This document shows, piece by piece, positions 13,200 to 25,145 of a stretch of DNA of 64,000 nucleotides. Origin of the DNA: Callorhinchus milii (lineage: Eukaryota); assembly GCF_018977255.1 (NCBI RefSeq), contig NW_024704742.1, positions 30,444,001 through 30,508,000 of the forward strand, in the 5' to 3' direction. The position numbers and the translations under genes are program-made. Below the pieces are notes generated by a model. It saw only the letters and a program-made list of their open reading frames with translations. It was not told the DNA's origin and made no database searches. Positions within the stretch are counted from its first letter, which is position 1. Each line of letters begins with the position of its first letter.

Positions 13200-13528
13200 A
13201 TTTGATATAGCGTCTTGTCATGTCGTTGAGATGTCTCAAACCGCTTCGCAGTATATTTTATTGGTGAAATGGCAGCCAGTTGCGCGCAGCAGTGTCCCAC
13301 AAACAGTCATGAATTGAGTGACCAAATTATCATTCATTTTTTAGGAGAGGGATTATTTCCCCTGGAAAGCCATTTGCCAATCGACTAACAACGGGGTTCC
13401 TACTTACTGCTAGGGAAACAAGGGAGTGTGGAGTAAGGAAACCTGCTCTAATGTTTCGCGCCACTCAGGAAACAAACCCTGGTACTTTTGCTTGCGAAGC
13501 GAGCCCGCTGACCTCTATGCTATAGGAT
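13200..13528 (-). mobile_element. tRNA-headed SINE, long form
   Basis: Reverse complement of the 8148-8522 type. Confidence 0.85.
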
Positions 13529-16500
13529 TGCATGTAGAATGCTCCATTATGAGCATCTCATGTTGCAATTTCTGAAAGCACTTCACAACAATTACTGTCC
13601 AGAGTAATCAGCGTAGTGACTGTTTTTATATCCCACAATCAGCCATGAAGTGAATGACTAATTTTATCTGTGGGAGCTCCGGGTAGAGGCCAGCACCAGG
13701 CACTGTGCAAAAGGAAGCCGTTATTAATTTCGAGAGGGGTTCAGTGGTGCAATTTCGGGATTGTCAGGATATATCACTCTGGGAAACGGAGCTGACACTC
13801 AGGCAGGCAGAATGAACGGATGGCAATCCATTAATTAGATTACGAGATGAGCTCACAGTGGGTGAGCTATAACAGTTTGAATGGGTGCCGACAGATTTTT
13901 CACTGAGTGGTATTTAACGCTCTGTACAAAATACGCCAATGTCAATTGTGTGATTTATAATTGTTTTCCTGGGGTGTGCAGGCTACTGTAGGGCGCATGC
14001 AAAATCGAATGCAAATTAGGCTCAAGCGAGCCAGAATACAGAATAGAAGCAGCTGGGAATGGCCTGAGTAAGTCACTCAGGTGTACAGGTTGTTTGGGAG
14101 CAGGGCACAGTGTGCGCCAGATATACTGGTGGGAAGCAGGTAGGAGCCAAGCAATAGTCTGAGGCAGGTGTACAGGTAAGAGGCCAAGGGTGGTGTTTGC
14201 CCCGCGGGGGCCCCAAGCAAAACTCGATTCTGGGACCCCTACCAGTGTTGCATGTGGCCACTTGTTGGCTCGTGCTACTCAGTTGCCGGGAAACTGTCAG
14301 CAAGTCCCTGAGCTACTAAATTACTGGGCAGATGTCCCACCCCGGCATTGCGGCTAGTCAGAGGGTGGTCAGTTGGTTGGTGGGGAGGCAATGGGTTTTT
14401 GGAGCAGAGTGGAACCAGGCCAGGAGTGTATGAGCCAACAAGTAACTGAGTCATGTTGGCAAGGGAGCCACTTCGTTGCCTTAGGGCGCCATGCAATTGC
14501 AATGGGTTGCTATGCCTAACGCCGTCAGTGTAGAAAGCACAGGGCATTCAGGTAACAACTAAACCTTTCTTAATATAGTACAAAGAATGTAACATGGAAA
14601 CAGCCCACTTGCCCAACCAGTCTATGCCAGTGTTTATACTCCACACACATCTTCACCCATTCCTTACTCAATCCCATACCCTTCTATACCTCCCTCCCTC
14701 ATGTGAATGTCCAGCTTCTTCTTAAATGAATCTACACTGTCTGACTCAACCACCACTTCAGACAGAGAGTTCCAAAAGCTCACCATCAATTCCACAATCT
14801 CACCACTTTGCAATGTTAGACTTGCTGTGCCATACTTTTCCATTTTGATGTGTAACACAACTTACACTGACGGGACAAGCAGTTTCATGTAAACACAGTG
14901 ATCTTTTCATTTCTCGTGTAGAATGTGTGTTCTGATTACAGAGGAGTACCAGGCATACCCACACAGCCACTCAACCCAGAGATCCCAGAGCTGTTGTCAG
15001 CAAATTCCTAACCTGTAAAACCATAACATTTAGCAACTGGTTTCGAACCACTCCATTCTAGACAAGGGTGTTTGCTGACTGCATACAAGTGAGATAACAA
15101 CCAGATTTTATTTTAGTGCTGTTATTTCCTCATCAATGAGTTTCCTGATGGGTTCAATTTCTGAACCATTTCCTTGTTTATGAACATCTGGTTCTCTCGG
15201 TGGCAGGTTCAATTTTGGGACCTTGAGTTCACAGTCTAGACTGATGCTCAAGTGCAGCAATGAGGGAATGCTGCATTGTTGCTGTCTTTTAGATGAGACT
15301 ATAAACCAAGATCCTGTTCAAGTGGATGTTAAAGATCCCATGGCACTATTCCAAAAGAGAAAGGAGTTTCTCCCCCTAAGTCCAGGTCAACAATCCCACA
15401 AATCAAAATGGTCATTCACCTCATGGCTGTTTGTGGGGCTTTACTGTTTGCAATTGGCTGCCACGTTCAAGGGTTTCCCCCATTATGTTCACAGTAGAAC
15501 AGAACTTGTTTGCCACCAGATTTGAAGCATATTTAACAGCCAGGCTCACACCCATTGGAAAGGTGCAGATATAATTCTGCAACATTGCTCCAAAGGCAGT
15601 CGCCAACAACGCAGTCATATGTCTCCATAAAGCTCGACTGGGCTGATGTAATGAACCATAAGCAGTTCCAGTATGTAAGGCACTCTATTCTTGAAGCAAT
15701 AGCAGTGCAGAATATAAATGCCACAACTGTTTGTCGCATTGCAAAACAGGAGGCATTCAGGCACAGTCAGAAATAGATCATTTCATTTTCCCCAATCATC
15801 ACGCAGGGAATGGGGTGGGCAGACCTCTGTCTGTTTGCAGACCTCTGTTACCAACCACCAGTAGGTGCTGGAATAACCAACTGGGACCTACTCTCCAAAT
15901 CTACTCCCTCCTTGAGGCTTGAAATTTCTATCGGTCGTAGACTTGAGAACCTGGCATCAAATTTTTAAATTCAGTCTTAATTTGAAAGCCAGTTTTCTAT
16001 ACTGAAATAAATAAATAATTAAATGCTCCTTGCATTTGATATAGTGCCTTTCACATCAGAAGAAAGACCTAAAGCACTTCACAGGATTTATTGTAAACTG
16101 GAGTGAATGTGTATTTGCCCACACTAGGTAAGGCTAACTGCCTGGATTTCACTGCTTTCGGATTGTGTCCCTGTTACTTAAAGACCAGCTAACAGAAAAT
16201 TCTGGCCTTACGCAGTACTTAGGAACTGGGCATATGTCCAGCCTCTTCTTGTGCTCTGGAGAAGTATGGTTGCTAACTGCAACTGATTTCAGAACATCTT
16301 TAGAAAGCTGTTATCAACTCAGTGGGAAGTTTCTAGGCAGGGTTTAGTTTCCCACCAGTCGGCTTGTTTAAGTCCTTTGCTGATTCAGTTAATAAAAGCA
16401 TTGCTGAGTAATCCTTCTCCTGACAGCTACTTCTGATGGAAGGCTTGTGTCCGTAAACGTCAAGTGAGCAATGGATTGGGCTTTGCTGTGATTCCTGCAC

Positions 16501-18074
16501 AGTTGGACAAGGGTCATATGTGAATGGTGACTACTTGCTGTGCTAAGTTTCGCCCACAAATTACATAGTCAATCCACTTTACAATATATTCTCTGAAGCG
16601 CTTTGAGGCGTCTCAACAATGTGATAAGGCACTATATCAAATGCAAGGATTATGATTATTACGTGGGAGAGGAAACAAAGCAGAAGAAAAAAGAAGTCCA
16701 GAGAGAGTTGGAGGAAAGAAAAATGCTGACTTTTTTTTAACAAAAATGGCTCTATTCTTAGTGAATTTCTACGTTAGGATGAAAACCCAAGAATGGGGGA
16801 ATTGAACATGTCACTGATTTCAAGATTGAGTGGCAAGATTGTGGCAGTATCCCGGTTGACAGTACAGTGCAATGCTCCGAGTACTCTGCGTTATTGGAGG
16901 TACTATCCTTTGGATGAGACGGTAAACCAAGTTCCTGTCTGTCTGCTCATTCAATTCTATGGTACTGCTCGAAAAGAGAAGGACATTTCTCTCAGTGTCC
17001 TGGTCAACAATCCAACAGATAAACTTAGTCACTCACTTCATGAATGTTAGGACACTGCTGTGTCAAATTGGCTGCCTTGTTTGTCTACAAATACACAGTG
17101 ACTGCACATGTCAGCAATCAACTGTGAAGTGCTTGAGATATTTTGACATTGTAGTTGCAATATCAAATGTGAAGATTACTGCAGTGGCCAAATGAGGAGG
17201 AAGACAGTCTCCAAAACAATGGCTAACACTGAATTTCACAACAATACCATGCATGAGTTTAATATTTCTATTCCCCTCATAAACTATCTTTGTGGTGTAA
17301 GCAAGTGCCAAATTAGCACCAAATTACAGATGCTTTTTGTAGTGTTAATTTACACCCACAAGCAACTGGTATGCGACTGTACAAACTTATTTTATTGGTA
17401 GGTCATTTACTGCTGGCAGAGAGAGGGGACTTTCATCAATCTGGACTGGATTATTACCACAGGTCCCCAGAGGCTTAAGGACAGCAAGTGCTCTTGCCCC
17501 CAGCTCATGGTTTACATATTGAAATGTAAATTGTGTACATAAGGAATGGAGAAATAATTAAGCAAAGTAGTTAATCTAAACAAGCTAGTAGACGCCCACT
17601 TGTTCCACTAGGAAATGGAGGATGAGGGTCACACTGTTTTATAGCAAAGCATACATATTGCACAGCATGTTACTGCACTGTTTTTATATAGTCAGTTTGA
17701 CCTGGAAAATCCAAGTTCAATAGGATTTCAAATCTGCCACCCACTTTGACACTTGCCGTGCTTCAAAATAAATCTTCACACAAATAAAATGTAGGTTGGA
17801 ATGTTTCAGTAGGTTTAACCTGAACACACTTGCTGATCATAAATATCACTTTGTGCATCTTTCCCCACCCCCGACCTCCCTTAACAGATTTGAAAATAGT
17901 ATTTAATTTAGACTGAATACATTAAAATTGAGCTGTGTTCTATGTAAATATTATAGCTTATATGAATATGTCTAGAAGTAAAAAGAAGAGTTTGCCACTG
18001 TATTGTTTTTTTAATAAAATGAAGACAGCAGTCTGGGAAATCTGGATGCAAACTGCACCAAGATAAAGCTGCTT

Positions 18075-18418
18075 TTTTGTGAGTACTCTAGTGCTGTGCT
18101 GTTGGTGTATTGCATTGTCGAAGGTCCTTCAGTTGAGACATTAAACTGAGGTCCCGGCTGAATGTTCAAGTGGACATTAAAGATCCCCCAGCACTATTTG
18201 AAAGAGAAGGAAGTTTCTCCTGGTGTCCTGGCCAACAATCCCCCAAATAAAGTTGGTCGTTCATTTTGTGACTATTTGCGGGATACTATGTGCATAGTTG
18301 GACTGTCGCATTCGCCTACAAATGTGCAGTCACTTCACATTAAATCCGATGAAGTGCTTTGAGACATCCTGCCAATGTGAAGGGCATTGCATCAAATGCA
18401 GGGATTATTATTATTATA
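18075..18418 (+). mobile_element. Older Deu-domain SINE (SacSINE1-like)
   Basis: gagacattaaactgaggtcc...gtggacattaaagatccc...gtcctggccaac, recalled as the Deu domain; similar + copies at about 15205-15530, 16845-17178 and 42445-42680. Confidence 0.75.
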
Positions 18419-19339
18419 TCATCGAGCCTTTTCTCTCTGCCTTCGAAACCCTCTTAAAATGCATTTGCAAGGTGCAGGTTTATATTATTATTTCTTTGAC
18501 CGTGCCTTTTGGTCAATATGTTCAATCGCTTTCTTTTCTCCCTGCTCAATGATCCTCATCATCTCTGTGAAGTGCTAAGAGACAATTATCCCATGTGAAA
18601 GGCTCTTAATCAAAGTTACAGTAATGCTACTGCAATCTGCTTTAAAAGCTAGTCTCTTCTAAACATTCCTGAATTGTTCCACATTTACAAGTCCCATGAA
18701 TAATACAGTGTGTTATTCTGTGTTCGAGCCCCTCTGATTGGCAAATGCACAGCAGAACGTTGAGGCATACAGACCAGAGGGCTCTCATGAACAATCAATA
18801 GCCTCTCCTGGATTAGTTGTTTCAACGACAACTTGTATTTATATAACGTAACAATTAGCCTGGTTAGAACTGTGTAAGGGCGGTAACATCAGCCAAGATA
18901 CTGCCTCTGATCGCTCATCAGACACACACATATGTGGATTTCAAGTGAGGATAGGACAGGATTGGGCTCAACTAGGAGGCCCCAATGATCTAATAAGCCT
19001 GCTGACACTTATTGCACTTATTGAGGCTCAGACATGAATGATGCCCACTTAGGTGAAGACCTGGAGAGTGACTGGCACCCACAAAGCAGCACCTTATGAG
19101 GAGAAAGGAGATGGGGAGGTGACCATAGACACTCAGGGAGAAGTAAAATTAAATTTTTCCTTTCTCATCAGGAAAGGAAAATGGATAAAGATGGGGGTGA
19201 GGTGGAGGGATTGAGGTAGGGAGTTCCAGAGAAAGGGGATTCATAGTTTGGACCGAAGGCACAAGAGGTCTGATCTGAACTTTGGAGCCTGTGCATTTTG
19301 TTGGATCTCGCAGTTAGTCTTGAGGTATTTAACAAACTT

Positions 19340-19685
19340 AATAATAGTCCTTGCATTTGATATAGCACTTTTGCACGTCGTTGAGACATCTCAGAGTGCT
19401 TCACAGAATATACTGTAAAGTGAATCTACTGTGTAAAATGTTGCAGCCAATTGCACCCAGCAGTGTCCCACAAATAGTTGTGGATAGAGTGACTGAATAA
19501 TTATTGTTATTTTTTTTGAAGGGATTATTCCCCTCAGAAAGCATTCCACCAATCAATTAACAATCGAGTTCCTACTTACTGCTAGGTAAACAGAAGCGTG
19601 TGGAGTTGGGAAACTTGCTTAAGATTTCACCCTGCCCGGGAATTGAACTCGGGACCTCTCGTTTGCAAGGTGGATTCTCTAACCA
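19340..19685 (-). mobile_element. tRNA-headed SINE, long form
   Basis: Reverse complement of the 8148-8522 type. Confidence 0.88.
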
Positions 19686-20539
19686 AGTAATTTAGTTTAT
19701 ACCACTCATCGGATCAGTAGTAAAACCTATGCAAATTAGATGTCACGTTTCATGAAACTTAAACTAGTGCACAGATTGCTGACTGGTTTGGGTGATTCCA
19801 TAGAAATGTTTTATTCTTGCTGTGTTGTCTGTTCACAATTGTAGCGACATCCCCAGGACTTACAACATATATTCCATGGGTGGAGGTGCCATTATCATGC
19901 GGTATAAATAGGTGAAGACTGTATGGAGGTAGTTATAGTCCCTTGTTAATTTCGATAGTCTAGGAATTAATGTCACAATGGTGATGTCTCTCATCTTCAT
20001 TGATAAATGCTTTTCCTCAAAGACTGAATGGCATTTTGATGCAGACCTGTTTTACAGCACTATCTACCTTAGACAAATTGTCACAATGGTTTTCTAAGAG
20101 AGGATGAAAGCGCCTGGGGGAGAAGTAAAATGAAACCTTTTCTTTCTCATTGGGATTGTTTGAAAAAGTGATGAAAGGCGACAAAATGAGGAGCGCAAAA
20201 CCATTATCGCAGATATCTTTGAACAAAGCAATCAGCAAACCTTAAGTTGCTTAGAAAACAAAACAGTTCCTTAACTGTGATTCTTGCAGAGTAGTGTAAG
20301 TCAATGAATAATAAAAATCCTTGCGTTTGATATAGCACCTTTCATGACAGGAGGATGTCTCAAAATGATTCCCAGGTTTTCCTCAAATGGTGATCCGTGT
20401 AGAATAGTGGAATCCAATGATAGGAAATTTGATATAGTCGGTGAAATGTCTCAAAGTGCTTCACGGGATTTTACTGAAAAGTGTAATGACTGTATTTGTA
20501 AGTGAACGCTAATTGATAATAAGGAACAAAGCTACCTAC

Positions 20540-20647
20540 CTGTCCTTGCAGAGTTGCTCTGAATGTGCATTCTTTGCAAATGCAGGTTAACTGGAACAAA
20601 TTCAAGCTTCTTTTCTCCTCGGCTGCAGCTTGGCTTGAACGATGACC
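20540..20647 (-). CDS. INPP4B: INPP4B-type coding exon (108 nt)
   Basis: Acceptor cctgattccag, donor gtaggt. Encodes [36 protein letters not shown] (INPP4 motif LEFVPxNLHxQRM). Confidence 0.95.
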
Positions 20648-21217
20648 CTGGAATCAGGCAAGTGGCGTGACTCATTGGCTTGAGGTGTGATACTGTGCGC
20701 AGGTAACAAGATTGACAAACAGTAAAAAGCAAGACACGAGTTCCATGCCCTGTCATAGGCTTAATAGTGGAAAGTTTGACCAAGTATTGGAAGACTGTTA
20801 TTTAACGATACATTGAGCGAAAAATGTTATATGGCCCCAGCAACGTCTCAGTCTTTGGTGAATGCCCGCAGCCCCAAGGCACTATCACAATGGTTAGCCC
20901 TAAATTTGGCCTCACTGAACCTGCTGCACTCAGTTTATCTCTACTTTTAGATTTGACCTGTGGAAGGAAGGGGAGTGGGCTGGGAGAAGTCATCTGACAT
21001 CAACCCAGACACCAGCAGGGGCCACCGATTTTTGCCAATGTGATTGCCAAATAGTTGATCAGTCATGAAGCAAACTCCTGTTGGGGTGGGGTGGCGGGGA
21101 ATGGTAAGCGAGATCTCCTTGGAGCTGAACTGGCTCTAATGTCACTTGCTTGAGGCAATGCTTGACGCAATGCAGAATCTCGGCAATTCTCTGTGGTGTG
21201 ATGCAGTGCTGTAATAC

Positions 21218-21348
21218 CTGAGAACTTGTTGAGCTCTGTAAGCGTTTCCTGATAGCTGCTGATCATATGCCGGTAATGGACGGTTACATTTTGCCGCAGG
21301 GTCTCCCAGTGTGCAGACAGATTTCCCAGCTCCTCCAGGTCCTGTAAT
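21218..21348 (-). CDS. INPP4B: INPP4B-type coding exon (131 nt)
   Basis: Acceptor ttttttgactcccag, donor gtatta. Encodes LQDLEELGNLSAHWETLRQNVTVHYRHMISSYQETLTELNKFS (cf. ELGELSPHWDNLRKNV...YQDILTELSK). Confidence 0.93.
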
Positions 21349-21876
21349 CTGGGAGTCAAAAAAATAAAGCTCATTGACTTGAGCAAATGCGGCTTTGCAT
21401 TGATCCGCAGTCACATAATCATAAAAACCCTGAGCAACATAAAAGCAAATTTGAACAACCACATCAACTTGAAGTGTATTTCAATAATATGAGACCATTT
21501 GAAAAAGCAATGAACACACGTATTCTGTCAACTGTGTTAATATCTTCCACAGTCCCACAGGCACAGCTCCAGAAATTGAAACTACTTTAGTCATAGTCTG
21601 TTAGTCACCGCAACCAAAGCAGGTCCCAGAGGTTCAAGCAGGATAAGCAGGGGTTTGAAAATACAATTTAGATTTAGCCCATGAGACCATTTTGAATTAA
21701 AACTTCAGGCTGAGCAGAATTGTGCAAAAATTCTTAAATTCTGTCTCAATTTGGAAGCTGGTTTTCTGTAGTTCTTAAAAAGAAACCAGCTTTTGCAGAA
21801 CGAAGGCTGAATTTAAGAATTGGCTTTGATCTAAACTTTATAAGATAGGCTTGCAGATGTAAGATGGGTGTAATTT

Positions 21877-22085
21877 CAACAACAAGATTGCATTGTATTG
21901 CGCCTTTCACGTTGGGAGGACGTCCCAAGGCGCTGGACAGTGTACAACATTTCAGACCCGAGCTGGGGTCGGGGGGAGAGGGGAGGGGAAGAGGGGTGGT
22001 CGATGGCATGGTCGAAGAGGAGGGTTTTGAGGCAGGACTTGAAGGAGGCGAAGGAGGGGGCGAGGCTGAGTGCTTGGGGGATGGA
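21877..22085 (-). mobile_element. L2 3' end fragment
   Basis: caacaacaagatt...cgcctttcacgttgggaggacgtcccaaggcgctgg, the reverse complement of the L2 tail. Confidence 0.9.
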
Positions 22086-22463
22086 AATTTCAGGGGTTAA
22101 ATGGTGCTTTTTTTAATACTGAATTGAAATCTAATAATTTATGTTTTAAACAGTACAATAAAAAAAATCGCCAGTTTCACTGTTCCCCTTATTTTAATTT
22201 TTTGGTTGAACAAAGAGGGATATAGTAGAGCAAAACCACTTTTACTTATTTGCCACAGAACTGGTTAACCTTCCAGTGAATGATTCCATTCTGCACTTTA
22301 AATGTCTTGATAAATGAAAGGAGCACTGTTTCTGCCTGGGTCTTGATCTGGACTCATTCCACACCTCATTCCCTATGCAAACATGTTTGTCATTTTAAGA
22401 AATACTTATAGTGGGGGGCGGGACGAAGAGAATTGCAGACTTGCAGGCAGCTCTCTGGTTAAC

Positions 22464-22780
22464 GGAGTCCTGCAGCTCAGTGGTTAGAGCATTCGCCTTG
22501 CAAGCAGACACCTGAGTTCAATTCCAGGCAGGGCGATACCTTGGGCAAGTTTCCTTACTCCACACGTCTAATAATAATTCCTCCAAAAGAAAACAATAAT
22601 AAATTGGTCATTTTCAATCCACGACTGTTTGTGGGACACTGCTGTGTGAAATTGGTTGTCGTGTTTCGCCCACAAATATACAGTCAATTCACTTTACAGT
22701 CTATTTTGTGAAGTGCTTTGAGACGTCGAGAAGATGTGAAAAGTGCTATATCAAATGCAAGGATTATTATTATTATTATT
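22464..22780 (+). mobile_element. tRNA-Ala-headed SINE, short form
   Basis: ggagtcctgcagctcagtggttagagc...cttgcaa...gttcaattcc; (TTA)n tail. Confidence 0.92.
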
Positions 22781-23404
22781 AATGCTTGCCAGTCACTTTT
22801 CCACCGGCAGCTCAGTCAATGAGCTGTCCTTCCCACCTATTGAGAAGCTCAGCGAAGAGGTTCCCTGCGCTTGCAGATTTTTCATTAAATATAATGATAA
22901 TAATAATCATATAGTCATAGCTGGACAGGCAGCAGGAAAGCTTGCCAGACAGTACTTTGAATGGCAAGCTATGCAATTTTTGCTGGTTAAACTCCAGCAG
23001 TATCCCTAATGCGCACTCTGAGGTCCCCAAGCCTTGGCTCTTGCTAACTTTTGTCTAATACTTTCCAGCATTAGGTAAGCAAGATCCTTCCCTCCAGGGA
23101 GAGAGCGCACATTCCATTCCAACAATTCATCTCTGGATTTCCGTGTGTAGGTAGGATGCGTTCTACTCTTAATTTAGTTTGGATACTCTTAAGCATGGTA
23201 ATGGGTTTCTGCCTGTGTCAGACACCCAGCTGACCAAAAAAAATAATTCTTACATTTGATATAGTGCCTTATCACATTGTTGAGATGCTCTGAAGGACTT
23301 CACGGGATTTTACTGTATATTGTCTGCAGCTTGTAACTGGAGAAGCTGGGGAGTTTGGCAAGCAGCGTGTTGGAATAATTGAGCATGGAGCTAATGAAGG
23401 TGAT

Positions 23405-23920
23405 TAAGCCAGGTCATTGATGTATACTAGGAACAGGAGGTCTCAGTACAGAGCACTGAGGCACCCCCCCCTTAACCCTCCGTTTGTTTCGACAGTACCT
23501 AAGGGCACACTTGCTGCAATGTCTCAGTGTCTGGATATTTCACAATTCTTAAAGTTTGATACAAAAAGCTGTTATATCTAGCAGAGAAAGGTGACAAACA
23601 TCCCCACCCATTAGGCTGACCGTAACTCACTTGTGTTTTCGCAAACATCATTTGTAGGAAATGGCTATCAGACCATCTTCTGACTTTTCGCATTTCTATT
23701 TACATAGAGGTTGTATCTCTCCTATTTTAACCTCACTTCCCCGAACAACGACTCTCTTGCTTCCTTCCCTTCAGTCAATTTTGAACCAATGTCCATGTCT
23801 CTCCCTTGATACCCGGTGTGACAACCGTTTGTGAAGGTGTCTTTCCTGCAGCAATTTGTCAAACACCTTTGGAACATGAGGTACAAAACGGAATCAATGG
23901 GGCTACATTGGATGTGGTGT
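23405..23920 (-). mobile_element. Fossil CR1 RT fragment interrupted by a ~246 bp insertion
   Basis: Frameshifted translation PIDSVLYLMFQ(K)VFDKLLQER...GIKGETWTLVQN*LKGRKQ/RVVVRG, then after the insertion GVPQCSVLRP/FLVYINDL. Confidence 0.7.
23492..23707. repeat. Unclassified repeat, copy A core
   Basis: Manual alignment to 24933-25145: 176 of 216 columns identical. Confidence 0.9.
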
Positions 23921-24932
23921 GGGGGGAGGAAACAATGCTGCAATCACTGTAAACATCTCCAGGCTTGGGAGAGAAAAACACAGCCGGTGGACCTTACCCC
24001 ACTTCTAAACTTACACTGTTTTCAGTTACACTGGAATCAGCTGCTGATCAATTCTGCAACCACATACACTGAGCTGGGCTGAAAACCCGATCAATGAGAA
24101 TCGATCTGCATGCATAGATGAATTGAAGCCAATTGTGCACTGCACTAAAGAGATTAAAATGGTGACCAGTGAAAACCTGTGCTACCATTTCAGAGCTGTA
24201 TTGTGTTCACCTCAGAAGACAGGTGTGTGTTTGTTTCAGTTACATGAAGCAAAGTCATATTGCTTCCAGTGGTGGAGTGATTTGGAGCATAGGGCCTGAT
24301 TTATAACAACACTTGGATTTATATAGTGATAGTGTCTTGGAGCGGCTGAGACGGTGAAATCCTGATCAATGAGAATCGTTCTTATAATTTTTACCAAGCA
24401 CGAGATTGAGAAAGAAGAGACTGTCCGTGAATAAGGAAAACTGAAGAGATTAAAATGAGGAATGCTCTGAGACCAGGAGAATTCCCTAAGAAAATGGAAA
24501 AGTGCCGAAAAAGCCTCTCGGAATTAGAAATTAAGAGTAAAAATATCTAGAAAAAGAACATATGTTTTAGTTGTTTAGATCTGGGGTGAAGTGGCAAAAT
24601 CATTAGAGGAAGCCTATTAGTAATCAATAGTTATGATAGATAACAGTTATGACAGTCAATAGTAATTACTAGCTGGGGAATGGGGGAATGTTCAAAGCTC
24701 ACCCTTGAGGCAGGCTATAAATACTGAGTGTCCTTTTTGTTGTTGATTATTATCACCAGTGTTAATATCACGCACCATAATTTTGACCTCCAAGTCTGCA
24801 GAGTGTCTTTGAGACCAATTTGAAGGTCTTTATCATCTTGTTTTATTTTGTTCTTGTTGTCCGTCACTTTCCAGACAAATGCCGGTTTAATAAACAGTAT
24901 TTGTTTAACCTCAGCCAGGAAGTTTCTCTCGT

Positions 24933-25145
24933 ACAGTAGCTAAGGGCACACTTGCTGCAATGTATCAGTGTCTGGATATTACAAAATCGGAAGTTTGGTA
25001 TAAAAAGGTGTTAAATTAGCAAAGAAAGGTGCTAATTTTTGCCACCCACGTGGCTGACCATAACTCACTTGGGCTTTGGTAAACATAATTTGTAGGAAAT
25101 GGCTATCAGACAATTGTATGATGTTTAGCATCTCTATTTACATCG
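24933..25145. repeat. Unclassified repeat, copy B core
   Basis: Direct-orientation copy of 23492-23707, 1441 bp downstream. Confidence 0.9.

Noticed and set aside
23499..23693. 64-aa minus-strand ORF in repeat A as a duplicated coding exon
   Set aside because: Substitutions versus copy B are spread over all codon positions, and B has 1- and 2-nt indels and a stop codon.
24338..24380. TPP/cobalamin riboswitch or group II intron domain V look-alike (ctgaga, cggtgaaatcc, cctgatc)
   Set aside because: The remaining required helices and motifs are absent; only short word matches.
23492..25145. A/B as a DGR template/variable repeat pair or as paired LTRs
   Set aside because: Differences are not adenine-specific. 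There are no clear TG...CA ends or primer-binding site, and A lies inside a CR1 fossil that continues on both sides.
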